A stretch of 53,159 bases of DNA from NCBI GenBank assembly GCA_964619725.1, contig CAZUFC010000046.1, positions 1 to 53,159 of the forward strand. The letters are read 5' to 3'. The notes beneath the pieces are model-generated. The model made no database searches and had not been told where the DNA came from. It was given only the letters and a program-made list of their open reading frames with translations. This document shows positions 11,201 through 21,143 of the stretch, in pieces. A program made the position numbers and the translations under genes. This stretch comes from an uncultured bacterium. GTDB lineage: Bacteria; CSSED10-310; CAZUFC01. Numbering within the stretch: the first letter of the stretch is position 1; every line of letters starts with the position of its first letter.

Positions 11201-14200
11201 TCGAAGCCCACGGTACGGGGACGGTAGTCGGTGATAAAACCGAAATTGCCGCTTTGACCGACGTTTTTATCAGGTCTGGTTCAATGGTCAATTCCTGCGC
11301 GCTCGGTTCCGTCAAAACCCAGGTCGGGCACACCAAGTGCGCCGCAGGCGTCGCAGGAATGATCAAGGCTGCATTAGCCGTTTACCACGGAATATTGCCT
11401 CCGACGATAAACATAAGCAATCCCAATCCTTTTTATAAAAAAGAAACCAGTCCGTTTTATTTTAATCTCGAACCTCGTCCCTGGGCTAAACAAGTCCGAA
11501 GGGCAGGCATTTCCGCTTTCGGGTTCGGCGGCACGAATTTCCACGCCGTCATCGAACAATATAAACCGGAGGTTACGCCCAGAGGTTTAAACAAGTGGCC
11601 GATGGAGATTTTCATCTTCAGGGGAAAAGACCGCAAAGAGGCGGCGGCTAAAATGGAAAAACTCGAATTCCTGCTGAATGAAGAATATCCCTGGCGATTG
11701 AGAGACCTGGCATATTCGGTTTGTTCCGATGAGGGGCCCGTTCAAATTGTTCTGCTGGCTGAATCCATTGATGATCTGAAAGAGCGGTTGAATGAAGCGA
11801 AGAGTTTTCCCGGGGCTTCCAGGAACATCTTTCTACCTGAAAAAGACGACAAAAACAGGGGAAAAATAGCCTTCATGTTTTCAGGCCAGGGAAGTCAGCG
11901 GACCGGAATGGCGGCTGATCTCTTCGCCGCTTTCCCGCCGCTTCAGAAATACCTGGAAATGGGGCGAAAATGGTACAAAAAAATATATCCTCCCGCTGTT
12001 TTTACTCACAAGGAAAAAACTGCCCAGGAAAAGGAGCTGACGGAAACGGACAAGGCGCAACCTTCTTTGGGAATAGTGGAAATGGCGATGGCTGAGCTTT
12101 TGACGGAGCTGGGCATCCAGGCGGATATGCCTGCAGGTCACAGTTACGGAGAAGTGGCGGCCCTGGCTTACGCCGGCGCCGTTAAGGTTGAGGACTTGTT
12201 CGATTTAAGCGAAAAACGGGCGTTGAGCATCCTGGAAGCTGCGGGAGGCGACCCCGGTACAATGGCGATCGTGATCGGTTCCGCTGAGGATGTGGAGAAG
12301 GGTCTTGAAGGATTGGATGAGGTCTGGACCGCCAACCATAATTCACCAAATCAGACCGCCATTACCGGGACTGTTGAGGGTATTGAAAAAGCGATTAAGA
12401 AATTTGAGTCAATAGGGATGACCGCGAAAAAGATCAAAGTGGCATGCGCTTTTCACAGTCCTATAGTTGCGGAATCCAAACAGCTCTTCGGAAAAGTCCT
12501 GGATAAAATTGAAATTACAAAACCCCGGATGCCTGTATGGTCGAATACTTATGCCGCTCCCTACAAGAGCGATCCCAAAAGCATCAGGCGCACTCTAACC
12601 GAACATATCGTCAAACCGGTGAAGTTCGTTGAAGAAGTTGAGGCGATGTATGAAGCGGGAGCGCGTATTTTCATTGAAGTGGGTCCGGGACACATATTGA
12701 CCAACTTGGTGGAGAAGATTCTGGAAGGAAAGGACCATATCTGCATACCGACTGATCAGCCGGGAAAGCACGGCATTTCATCTTTACTGGAAGCTGCGGC
12801 GCGCCTGATTGCTGCAGGCGTTGATGTAAATACTGACTTTCTTTTCGACGGGCGCACAGTGGAAAAAATCGATCTCGATCAATCATATAAACTGAATCCC
12901 ACAACCTGGATCGTCGACGGACAGACCGCCAGGCCGATTAAAGGAAAACTTCCCGTTCATGTAGCCAATCCGATGACGGAACCCATCCAGTCGCTGTCGC
13001 TCCAAGGTTCAGGACATGCCGCCGGAGGACGCGATGAAGTGATGCGTGAGTATCTCAAATCAGTGCGTCAGTTCATGCAATCGCAGAGGGACGTCATGGT
13101 CAGTTATCTGGGAGGAGTCCCGCCTGCCCAGGTGGCGGGTTCTTTTGATGATGTTGATGAGCAGGCCGCATTGGAAGCCGGTTCGGATACGATTGAGGGC
13201 GAACTGATGGAAATGGAAGAGATGGAGCCCGAAAGCGTCAATGTCCAGGACCTGCTGCTTGAGATAGTCAGCGACAAAACGGGATACCCTGTCGAAATGT
13301 TGGATTTGGACCTTAATATGGAATCCGATCTGAGCATTGATTCCATCAAACGCATTGAAATTTTAGGCGAATTGAATATGCGGCTCAGCCTGGCTACTGA
13401 CGATGAGGCGAACAGAGATGAACTGATAGAAAAACTCGCAGCCATTAAAACGCTTCGGGGCATTATTGACTGGTTGAACAAGAACATCACGGATGCCCTG
13501 GAATCCGGAGAAGCCGCAGGTCAGCTTCCGGAAGGCGAGAAGGTCCAAACCGGCAATCAAGAATCTGAAAACCATGCCGAAGGAGCTTTTGATCCGGGCG
13601 ATTTAAACATCATTAAACGGTATGTGACTGGTATTGCTGATTCAGAGGAGGCTCAACCTCAGGAAAATGCTGATGGTTTCAAAATATTGATTACTGAAGA
13701 CGAACAGGGCCTTCATGAGAATCTGAAGAAACTGTTCGCCGAATCCGGCGCTGACGTCAAAACCATCAACGGCAAGAATTTATCCGAAGTCCCGGATGCC
13801 GAGGCCATGATCTATGTTTCGCCCTCAACGGATCAAAAGGATTTTGTGCCTTCTGATCTTTTCGATTTATGCAAGAAACTAGACCCCGGGAAAGTGAGAT
13901 ACTTCTGCGCCGCCACTTTTCTGGGAGGCGATCTTGGCGAAAAGGGAACGCTCGATGACGAAAAGATACTTACCAATTACAGGGGTATCGCCGGATTCCT
14001 GAAGAGTCTTTCCCAGGAGTGGAAAAACACGAAATTCAGGATCGTTGATTTGCCTCGGAACAGCAAAGCGGAAAAAGCAGCCGGACACATTTACCGGGAG
14101 ATGTTGAGCGTCAACGGTCCGATGGAAGTGGGTTATTCGGACGATACTCGCCAGGCTGTGAAAATCGACAAAAAAAGCATTGAAGAGGACAAAACGGAGA

Positions 14201-15081
14201 ATATTAAACTGGACGGCGATTCCGTCATTTTGATTACCGGAGGCGCTAAAGGAATATCAGCGCAGACGGCGAAATCGCTGGCTTCACGGTATAAATGCCG
14301 GTTTATTCTGGTCGGCAGATCGCCGGAACCGTCGAAAGAAGACGAATATCCCGAACTGTCGGGCATCCGGGATGCCAGGGAAATGAGAAAAGCCATTTTG
14401 GAATCAGGATTGGCGAAGAAACCGGCTGAAGTGGAAGCGCTGATGAAAAAAGCATTGTCTGCGCGGGAGATCAAACAGACTTTGAGCGATATCACGGAGC
14501 GTGGCGGACGAGCCTATTACTATTCGATGGACGTGCGCGATCCTGAAGCCTTCGGAGCTCTGATCGATAAAGCTTACCAGGATTTCGGCCGTATCGACGG
14601 GGTAATTCACGGCGCCGGCGTTATTGAAGACAAGTTGTTCAGAGACAAAACCAGGGACTCGTTTGACCGTGTATTCGAAACAAAGGTGAAGGCGGCTTAT
14701 ACGATCATGAGGAAAGTGAGGAAGGACTGCCGGTTCATCGTTTTCTTTTCGAGCATTGCAGGATTCTTCGGAAACAGAGGGCAGTCGGACTACGCCGCAG
14801 CCAATGATACCCTGGATAAGCTGGCTCAGGCCATGAATCGAAAGTCGGAAACGCGCGTTCTTTCGATCAATTGGGGGCCCTGGGACGGCACGGGTATGGT
14901 GACTGACGAGTTGAAGAAACAATATGCAAAAGCGGGTATCGGATTAATACCGCTTGAAGAGGGCGCGGAATTCATGGCGGATGAACTGATATACGGCGAC
15001 AAGGAAACCAGCCGAATCATCGTTATGTGCGCCGAACCTGAAAGTTTCATGCAAAGAGAGACGGAAGACACGCGGAAATGA
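8263..15081 (+). CDS. Iterative type I PKS/FAS (Pfa/Hgl-like): tandem FabK/nitronate-monooxygenase-like ER domains, KS, AT, ACP, KR
   Basis: GSESGG and EGGECGGHVGP flavin-barrel motifs; KS DAACASS, HGTGT, GHTKCAAG; AT GQGSQ, GHSYGE, AFHS; ACP DLSIDSIKRIEIL; KR GGAKGI, HGAG, YAAAN. Confidence 0.92.
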   Translation: MIEERKPMKKTRKLRHRILGITPFQNPDVSLLSALTKAGAYGILDLGLDEERARSSIKTASSVIKGNFGIRIPESAEYRIEELPENVNSVVFPDPESFRPYKGAANLVQVTSLEEAKEAESNGADGVIAKGSESGGRIGEYSSFILLQMLRGELGIPYWAQGGIGLHTSSAVLTSGAYGVVFDSQLALLDESRIGSELREILSKIDGTETRIFSGYRILKRPDIEKRLEGLNETDIPRRFGLEDLENKLVPAGQDAGLARLYSSEFRNVDNFIFAVKESVSGHLMQAKTLAPMEPGSPAARDHGTRYPVVQGPMTRVSDTPAFAEKVAEAGGLPVLALSLLRGEVARSLIERTKERMGDRSWGIGILGFAPQELRDEQFELIRQAGPDFVIIAGGRPAQAKQLEEAGIKAYLHCPSPGLLDLFIKEGARRFIFEGGECGGHVGPLSSFVLWESQIEKLLQFDKPEELSLLFAGGISDGLSAAMVSSLSAPLAVRGARVAVLIGSAYIFTKEAVESGAILQKFQDKAVELKGTSLLETAPGHASRCLRTEYTEFFEKEKQRLLDEGKNSEDIWMSLEKLNVGRLRIASKGERQLGADETDVETVADKEQEQEGMYMIGEVTALLDKVMSMEELHKEISEGSVRELKKVRIPRLFEHVNRDDIAIIGMSCVFPDAANTDEYWANILAGKNSVTEVPDKRWNKEIYYDGETLTGDKSCSKWGAFLPELFFDPLDYGIPPQSLASVEPVQLLSLHVARKAVEDAGYGKKGKPIPRETTSVIFGTEPGNELSGLYGLRAFLPQIFGEIPQELDQKLPRLTEDSFPGVLGNIISGRIANRLDLGGVNYTVDAACASSLTSVDVGVKELRAGISDMVIAGGADLHNSINDYLMFTSVHALSRTDRCRTFDAEADGTILGEGIAAVVLKRLEDAIIDGDRIYAVIRGLGAASDGRSQALTAPNKKGQERALSRAYKRAGMLPSDIELIEAHGTGTVVGDKTEIAALTDVFIRSGSMVNSCALGSVKTQVGHTKCAAGVAGMIKAALAVYHGILPPTINISNPNPFYKKETSPFYFNLEPRPWAKQVRRAGISAFGFGGTNFHAVIEQYKPEVTPRGLNKWPMEIFIFRGKDRKEAAAKMEKLEFLLNEEYPWRLRDLAYSVCSDEGPVQIVLLAESIDDLKERLNEAKSFPGASRNIFLPEKDDKNRGKIAFMFSGQGSQRTGMAADLFAAFPPLQKYLEMGRKWYKKIYPPAVFTHKEKTAQEKELTETDKAQPSLGIVEMAMAELLTELGIQADMPAGHSYGEVAALAYAGAVKVEDLFDLSEKRALSILEAAGGDPGTMAIVIGSAEDVEKGLEGLDEVWTANHNSPNQTAITGTVEGIEKAIKKFESIGMTAKKIKVACAFHSPIVAESKQLFGKVLDKIEITKPRMPVWSNTYAAPYKSDPKSIRRTLTEHIVKPVKFVEEVEAMYEAGARIFIEVGPGHILTNLVEKILEGKDHICIPTDQPGKHGISSLLEAAARLIAAGVDVNTDFLFDGRTVEKIDLDQSYKLNPTTWIVDGQTARPIKGKLPVHVANPMTEPIQSLSLQGSGHAAGGRDEVMREYLKSVRQFMQSQRDVMVSYLGGVPPAQVAGSFDDVDEQAALEAGSDTIEGELMEMEEMEPESVNVQDLLLEIVSDKTGYPVEMLDLDLNMESDLSIDSIKRIEILGELNMRLSLATDDEANRDELIEKLAAIKTLRGIIDWLNKNITDALESGEAAGQLPEGEKVQTGNQESENHAEGAFDPGDLNIIKRYVTGIADSEEAQPQENADGFKILITEDEQGLHENLKKLFAESGADVKTINGKNLSEVPDAEAMIYVSPSTDQKDFVPSDLFDLCKKLDPGKVRYFCAATFLGGDLGEKGTLDDEKILTNYRGIAGFLKSLSQEWKNTKFRIVDLPRNSKAEKAAGHIYREMLSVNGPMEVGYSDDTRQAVKIDKKSIEEDKTENIKLDGDSVILITGGAKGISAQTAKSLASRYKCRFILVGRSPEPSKEDEYPELSGIRDAREMRKAILESGLAKKPAEVEALMKKALSAREIKQTLSDITERGGRAYYYSMDVRDPEAFGALIDKAYQDFGRIDGVIHGAGVIEDKLFRDKTRDSFDRVFETKVKAAYTIMRKVRKDCRFIVFFSSIAGFFGNRGQSDYAAANDTLDKLAQAMNRKSETRVLSINWGPWDGTGMVTDELKKQYAKAGIGLIPLEEGAEFMADELIYGDKETSRIIVMCAEPESFMQRETEDTRK

Positions 15082-18000
15082 CCACAAAGACGAAAAAAGC
15101 AACGGACATAGCTGTAATCGGAATGGCCTGCATATATCCCGGAGCTCCCGATCTGAAGACTTTCTGGGACAATATCCGGAAAGGTTATGATGCGATAACC
15201 GAAGTGCCGGAAAACAGGTGGGAACCTTTTTATTATGATCCGGACTCAGACAGAATAGACCGGTTTTATTGCAAAAGAGGCGGATTCATTGACGATTACG
15301 CTGATTTTGATGCCCTGTCCCACGGCATAATGCCTGTGGCGGCTGAAGGCGCTGAGCCGGACCAGTTGCTTCTGCTGGAAACGGCCTGCAATGCGTTAAA
15401 AGATGCCGGTTATTTCAAGGAACGGACAGGTAAGCTGGATAAAACCGGCGTTATTATAGGCAAAGGAAATTACCTGGGCGCAGGTCTGCTGAGGCTCGCT
15501 CAAATAGTAAGAACGGGGCCTCAAATCATTTTCCTGCTGAAGGCTCTCTTTCCGGGAATATCGGATGAAGAGGCCGAACGCGTGCGAAAAGAATACGTGA
15601 AACAACTGGGGCGAGTGGGACCTGATACGGCCATCGGTCTGGTGCCCAATCTCTCCGCCTCCCGTATCGCCGCAAGACTAGATTTTCACGGTCCGGCCTA
15701 CACCATTGACGCGGCTTGCGCCAGTTCTCTTATAACTGTCGATCACGCCTGCCGCGAACTGCATTCGGGACGCTGCGATTTCGTTCTCGCCGGCGGCGCC
15801 CATACTTGTCACGACGTATCATTCTGGAGCGTTTTTTCGCAGTTGCAGGCCGTTTCGAGGAACCAGGAATGCCGGCCTTACGACAAGAAAGCCGACGGAG
15901 TTCTGATCGGTGAAGGCGTCGGCGCCGTTATACTGAGAAGATTGGAGGATGCCGAACGGGACGGAGACAGGATTTATGCGGTGATCAAAGGCTCCGGCGT
16001 CGCCTGTGACGGAAGCGCCGCAGGTTTGATGACCCCGGCTGTCGCCGGACAGATAAAATCTCTGGAGATCGCCTGGAAAGAATCCGGGCTGGAACCCGAA
16101 TCGGTCGGATACATCGAAGGACACGGCACGGCTACGCCTATAGGTGACGATACCGAACTGATGACTCTCGCGAAATTCTTCGGTAAACCGTCAGACAGCG
16201 AAACGAAAAAAGGACTGGGGTCCATCAAATCCATGATCGGACATACCATGCCGGCTGCAGGCGTTGCCGGCCTCATCAAAACCGTCATGGCCCTCCATAA
16301 CGATATGCTCCCGCCTTCGCTCCATTGCGAACAACCCAAAGAGGCTGTCAACAATACCCGCTTCAGAGTTTTGCAATCTGCAGAAAACTGGTCCGAAACA
16401 GGACTCAATAAAATCGCCGGCATCAATGCCTTCGGATTCGGCGGCATTAACGCTCACACCATAATCACCGCCTATGCCGATAAGAAGTCTAAAAGAAAAA
16501 CTGCCTCACGCCGCACTTCAAAATCTATAACAGAAGAAGAAACGCTCTTCATCGTCGCTTCATCCAAAGAGGAAATGCTCGAAACCATCGATAAACGGGA
16601 ATCAAGCATTAGAGAAGGTAATTACAGGCTGGCCGTTTTTAACCCGGACCCGAAAAAACTCGAACGAGTGAAGAAAATCGTCACAAGAGACAAACCCTGG
16701 CGAGGCAAACAGGACGTCTGGTTCTCCAATGAAGGACTGATTGAAAACCGCGGTAAAACAGCCTTTATTTTTCCTGGTATCGACAGCTTTTTCGAACCTC
16801 AACTCGAAGATGTGGCCGAGCATTTCGACATGGAAAAACCTCAATACCTGCACCCGGAAAACCTGGAACAGACCGGCGTCGGCGTTATCGAAGTCAATAT
16901 GATGCTGGATAACGTCATGAAAAAAATCGGGATAACGCCCGATCACATCGCTGGGCACAGTATCGGCGAATGGAGCGGATATATCGCTTCCAATATGATT
17001 ACGCAGGAACATCTGTTCGAATTCGTGGACAAATTGAAACCGGGCTCTCTGCAAGTCCCCGGCGTGCTCTTTCTGGCTGCAGGATGCGGTAAAGAACAGG
17101 CCGAAAAAGCGATGAAAGGATTGAAAAAAATCGCGGTATCGCATGATAATTGCCCGCATCAAACTATTATTTGCGGGATTGAAAAAAGCATCAATACCGT
17201 TAAAGAACGTCTGATCAAATCCGGCGTCATCTGCCAGGTATTGCCCTTTCAATCAGGGTTCCATTCTCCCCTGTTTAAAGATTACCTCGAACAGCATCGA
17301 CGCCTGCTGGAAGAACTCGAAATCGGACCCGCAGACGTTCCTGTCTGGTCCGCAACCAACTGCAAAACCTATCCCGACAAAGGCGACAAAATAAAACAGT
17401 TAATGCTGGAACATCTGCTCAATCCCGTCCAGTTCCGACAACTCACCGAAAAACTCTATCAACAGGGCGTCAGAGTATTTATCCAAATAGGCGTCGGCAG
17501 TCTTACCGGGTTTATTGACGATACGTTAAAAGACAAGTCCGCCTTGACCATCGAAGCTAACGTACCTAAACGAACCGGCATGCAGCAGCTCAGGCGCGTC
17601 GTCGCCGCTCTTTTCACGGAAGGCGCAAAAGTTGATTTCAAAAGAGTGGGATTACCGAAAATCGAACAGGATAAAAAATCTGGCAGAATGATGAAACTTC
17701 AATTGGGTGTCCCTCTCGTCAGGGAATTTTCTCCCGTTGAAACGGCTTCCGGTATCCCTGCCGTGATAGAAAATGCCGGTGAAGAGGATAGACTCGGTTC
17801 GGAATTCCAGAAAACGTTTCAGGACATCAGCGCCATGCAGAGCAATATCCTGAAGCTCTACCAGAAAAAACGACCGGCAAAAGATAAGAAACTTGCCGGG
17901 GCTGAAGCAGCAACGAAGAAACCTGAAGCAAAAGCTCCTAAGGCAGGAAAAAAACGCAGAAAAAGTTTCAAAGTGAAGCAGGTAATATCGCTGGATGCCT

Positions 18001-19448
18001 ATCCGGAACTCTACGATCACATGCTTTTCAAACAGCCCGATCACTGGGAGGATATTGACGATACTTTCCCGGTCGTGCCTATGACGATGTCCATCAGCCT
18101 GATCAAGGACATTGTGGAAAGGGAAGTTAAAAATAAAAAAGTGATCAGCGTTGAAGAGATCAAGGCGAACCGGTGGATACCCGCGGCAGACCCCCTGGAA
18201 TTGAACTTCGCCGCTCAATTCATCTCCGATGATAAAATTAAAATGACCGTCCAGGACTATTTCTCAGCCGTGTTGACGATAGCCGACGACTATCCTGATC
18301 CTCCCGGACCTTTCAATGAAAACAATTTTACCGATCTGCATCCCCCCCATATCGATGCAAAAGAGCTTTACGACAAGAGATGGATGTTCCACGGACCGGC
18401 TTACCAGGGAATTACCGTCCTCGGTCCGCTCTGTCCCGACGGTATAAAGGGCAAAATCAAGGTTCCCCGGGGAAAAGGCTCACTCATAGACAATGGCGGA
18501 CAACTCTTCGGCTACTGGGTGAACAGGCATACGGCCAAGGATAAACTGGCGCTGCCCATAAGGGTCAAACGGGTAGAATTCTACGCGGATGAACCGGAAC
18601 CCGGAGAAATGTTCGATTGCCTGGTGTATAACCCCACCGTCAAAGAAAAACAGGTACTGACCGACATGGACTTCATCCAGGACGGGAAGCTTAAATTGCG
18701 CGTCATACGATGGGAAGACAAGCGATTTAAAACCGACGACAGATTATTCCTCCTTATGAGAATGCCCGGAACGCACATTCTTCCCATTCCCCTGGAAAAT
18801 GCTTTCCTGCTTTTCAAAAACGTTTATAAAGACCTGGCGGAAAGAGAATACATCACTTACAGGTTTTTGAATAAATCAGAGCGAAAAGACAGGGAAAAGC
18901 TGGGACCGGGAAAAATCGCCTCCTGGCTGGCAGGACGCATAGCCGCCAAGGATGCCGTTCGCAAGCTTCTGCTGGATAAAGGGTATAAGTCTCTCTATCC
19001 CGCTGAGGTCACCGTTAAAAACGATGAAAAAGGCAAGCCTTACACATACGGCGCCTTTGATGAAGATATCAGGATTTCACTTTCCCACAAGGATGAATAC
19101 GGCGTCGGTATGGCCGCAGAAGGAAAAGACGTGGGCATCGACATTGAAAGAATTGAACCCAGAACAAAAGAATTCGAAAATATATCCTTCAATAAGGATG
19201 AATTGAAGTTGATCCCGATAGATCAGGACAGGAAAAAATGGACAGCCGTATTCTGGGCCGCTAAAGAAGCTCTGGCTAAATGGGGAGGCGAAGGCTTGAA
19301 AGGCGCTCCCAGGAAGTTCAAAATTGAAAAAATAATTGACGACAGAACGCTGGCGGTTAATGGACGGTCAATATTTTACAAAATTTATGAGGACTACGCC
19401 ATAGCCTGGACCTGGGGCGATCCCCAGACCACAGACAAAGGAAAGTGA
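15078..19448 (+). CDS. Type I PKS: KS, AT, DH and fused C-terminal 4'-phosphopantetheinyl transferase
   Basis: ATGA overlap with the upstream gene; KS DAACASS, HGTAT, GHTMPAAG; AT GHSIGE, GFHS; DH DH...PVVP, MFHGPAYQ; PPTase SLSHK, GIDIERI, WAAKEA. Confidence 0.92.
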   Translation: MTTKTKKATDIAVIGMACIYPGAPDLKTFWDNIRKGYDAITEVPENRWEPFYYDPDSDRIDRFYCKRGGFIDDYADFDALSHGIMPVAAEGAEPDQLLLLETACNALKDAGYFKERTGKLDKTGVIIGKGNYLGAGLLRLAQIVRTGPQIIFLLKALFPGISDEEAERVRKEYVKQLGRVGPDTAIGLVPNLSASRIAARLDFHGPAYTIDAACASSLITVDHACRELHSGRCDFVLAGGAHTCHDVSFWSVFSQLQAVSRNQECRPYDKKADGVLIGEGVGAVILRRLEDAERDGDRIYAVIKGSGVACDGSAAGLMTPAVAGQIKSLEIAWKESGLEPESVGYIEGHGTATPIGDDTELMTLAKFFGKPSDSETKKGLGSIKSMIGHTMPAAGVAGLIKTVMALHNDMLPPSLHCEQPKEAVNNTRFRVLQSAENWSETGLNKIAGINAFGFGGINAHTIITAYADKKSKRKTASRRTSKSITEEETLFIVASSKEEMLETIDKRESSIREGNYRLAVFNPDPKKLERVKKIVTRDKPWRGKQDVWFSNEGLIENRGKTAFIFPGIDSFFEPQLEDVAEHFDMEKPQYLHPENLEQTGVGVIEVNMMLDNVMKKIGITPDHIAGHSIGEWSGYIASNMITQEHLFEFVDKLKPGSLQVPGVLFLAAGCGKEQAEKAMKGLKKIAVSHDNCPHQTIICGIEKSINTVKERLIKSGVICQVLPFQSGFHSPLFKDYLEQHRRLLEELEIGPADVPVWSATNCKTYPDKGDKIKQLMLEHLLNPVQFRQLTEKLYQQGVRVFIQIGVGSLTGFIDDTLKDKSALTIEANVPKRTGMQQLRRVVAALFTEGAKVDFKRVGLPKIEQDKKSGRMMKLQLGVPLVREFSPVETASGIPAVIENAGEEDRLGSEFQKTFQDISAMQSNILKLYQKKRPAKDKKLAGAEAATKKPEAKAPKAGKKRRKSFKVKQVISLDAYPELYDHMLFKQPDHWEDIDDTFPVVPMTMSISLIKDIVEREVKNKKVISVEEIKANRWIPAADPLELNFAAQFISDDKIKMTVQDYFSAVLTIADDYPDPPGPFNENNFTDLHPPHIDAKELYDKRWMFHGPAYQGITVLGPLCPDGIKGKIKVPRGKGSLIDNGGQLFGYWVNRHTAKDKLALPIRVKRVEFYADEPEPGEMFDCLVYNPTVKEKQVLTDMDFIQDGKLKLRVIRWEDKRFKTDDRLFLLMRMPGTHILPIPLENAFLLFKNVYKDLAEREYITYRFLNKSERKDREKLGPGKIASWLAGRIAAKDAVRKLLLDKGYKSLYPAEVTVKNDEKGKPYTYGAFDEDIRISLSHKDEYGVGMAAEGKDVGIDIERIEPRTKEFENISFNKDELKLIPIDQDRKKWTAVFWAAKEALAKWGGEGLKGAPRKFKIEKIIDDRTLAVNGRSIFYKIYEDYAIAWTWGDPQTTDKGK

Positions 19449-19458
19449 CAGCCGTTGA

Positions 19459-19764
19459 ATGAAGGAGGAGCTGATGACGCCGTCAAAACAGGAAATACTG
19501 GATAATCTCAGAGATTTCATCAATGAAGTGGTGGGAGAAGAATGGATAGAAGATATCGATATAGATATGGAAACTTCCTTCAGCGACGACCTGGAAATGG
19601 AAAGCATCGAAGTGGTAACATTCGCTGAAAAAGTAAAAGAATACTACGGCGATAAAGTCGATTTTGTAGGATGGCTGTCCAATATGGAACTGGACCAGAT
19701 CATAAAACTCAAAGTCGGCCAGGTCGTTGACTATATCCATTCATGCCTGGCTGAATCCGGCTGA
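19459..19764 (+). CDS. Free-standing acyl carrier protein (likely start ATG 19474)
   Basis: Acidic protein of about 96-101 aa; FSDDLEMESIEVV attachment-site Ser; GGAGGAG RBS before 19474. Confidence 0.9.
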   Translation: MKEELMTPSKQEILDNLRDFINEVVGEEWIEDIDIDMETSFSDDLEMESIEVVTFAEKVKEYYGDKVDFVGWLSNMELDQIIKLKVGQVVDYIHSCLAESG

Positions 19765-19892
19765 TGTAAAGCTAAAAATTGCCCTTCATGAAACGCAGTT
19801 TCGGACAAGATAACCTCTGGTAAAATAGGGTATAACGTAAAACGAACTCTGAAACTAATATTAAAATAATCATCTTAAAAGAACGAAGGAAA

Positions 19893-19915
19893 GTAGAAGC
19901 GGCATCCTGCCGCTT
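19893..19915 (+). repeat. GTAG-type REP-like palindrome
   Basis: GTAG-AAGCGGCA-TCC-TGCCGCTT; second copy at 47391-47413. Confidence 0.6.
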
Positions 19916-20049
19916 TCCGATGCGGGGTCAAAATCCGATCACGCAAATAGGGTTCAGCAAAACTGTTTGAATGCCCATTTCCCGAACGTCTCCGAAAAGC
20001 CCGGAACCACAGTCGAACCAACGCGGCGAATGATTCAACATTGGATCAT

Positions 20050-20715
20050 TCAAATACCTCGAATAGCGCGGATGTATGCAAAAAATATTGCGACACAGAT
20101 TCCATAGGGCCTGCGGTAAACGCGAATGACGATCATGACGTTGAAATAATAATAACCACGAATCACGCGAATCATACGAATAAGAGGGACGATATTGCCG
20201 TCAAACGCAGGTCGTTCAGGTTTTCGTAGGTTAGAATATCCGGGGATGAACGCAACAATGCATATTTTTCTCTTCACTCGAATGCCTTGCAGAAAAAAGG
20301 CATTGAACAAAAATGCCTCTGTCGATGTTACAATTCTTCCGAATATCCCATCATTTTGTTCCGATTTCGGATTATTGAAGTGAGCCGCAATAGCCTTTTC
20401 AACGTGAGTTACTCGCTCTACAGGTCCCGCTTCGGGTCGAGTGTTCATGCCCGGAAAATCACTCGGCAAGCCGTCGTAGTCCAGCATAGTCGTCACAAGT
20501 GCATTACCGGCACCGTGAAGCAAACGGAGAATATCATTCTTAAATTTCCTGAAGCTGGTTACGCCACCCCTGAAATCAGGTCCGTCTATCACTCGCTTGG
20601 TGACAAGTATTTTTGGCTCCACATAAAGATTCATTGATAAGAAATGATCACAAAGCAGATCCTTGACGAATCGCTCCTCTGTTTGACCCTCAACAAGAAT
20701 AAGACATCGTTTCAT
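20050..20715 (-). pseudogene. Truncated DUF4276 (TOPRIM-like) protein; C-terminal half replaced by MITE-derived and unrelated sequence
   Basis: MKRCLILVEGQTEERFV...RGGV...VTTMLDYDGLP...VEKAIAAHFNNPK; family similarity ends at about 20370, where a family A fragment begins. Confidence 0.75.
20299..20369 (-). mobile_element. Right-end half of a family A MITE
   Basis: GGCATTGAACAAAAATGCCTCTGTCGATGTTACAATTC...CATTTTGTTCCGATTTCG matches the A2 end (23283-23352). Confidence 0.75.
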
Positions 20716-21143
20716 CACGGGCGGCCTCCCAGAAGGTTCTTTTCCCACAATTCTCCAAGTCCGTATCCTTCCGTTTCATCGAATGTTTCAAGCCATGTCG
20801 CCAGTCTTTTCCTGGAAAGGCGGCTGAATGTGGTTTCTCCATTCTTGCGTTCCACGGTCAAAATCTGTTCAGACTCAAGTTGATTAATAAGCATCACAGA
20901 CTGGGTCGCCGCAAGCAATTGATGACGAAACCTTGCGGCCCTGGAACAACAACGCATCGGCTCCACGCTGTAACGACCAGCGCGCTAAATTCTGCATTCG
21001 AATTTCTCGAAGAAACTGAAATGCCTAAGGTTAGACTTGCCTGATCCGTTAGCCCCGATGAAAACATTTAACGCATCCAGCTCTAAAGTTTGATCGCGGA
21101 TCGATTTGAATCCCTTTATTTCGAGTTTTTCAAGCTTTCTCAT
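20715..21143 (-). pseudogene. AAA_21/ABC-type ATPase remnant with frameshift and large internal deletion
   Basis: N-term MRKLEKLEIKGFKSIRD...IGANGSGKSNL (Walker A), shifted GADALLFQGRKVS, then directly C-term ATQS...LGELWEKNLLGGRP; stop overlaps the DUF4276 start. Confidence 0.8.
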
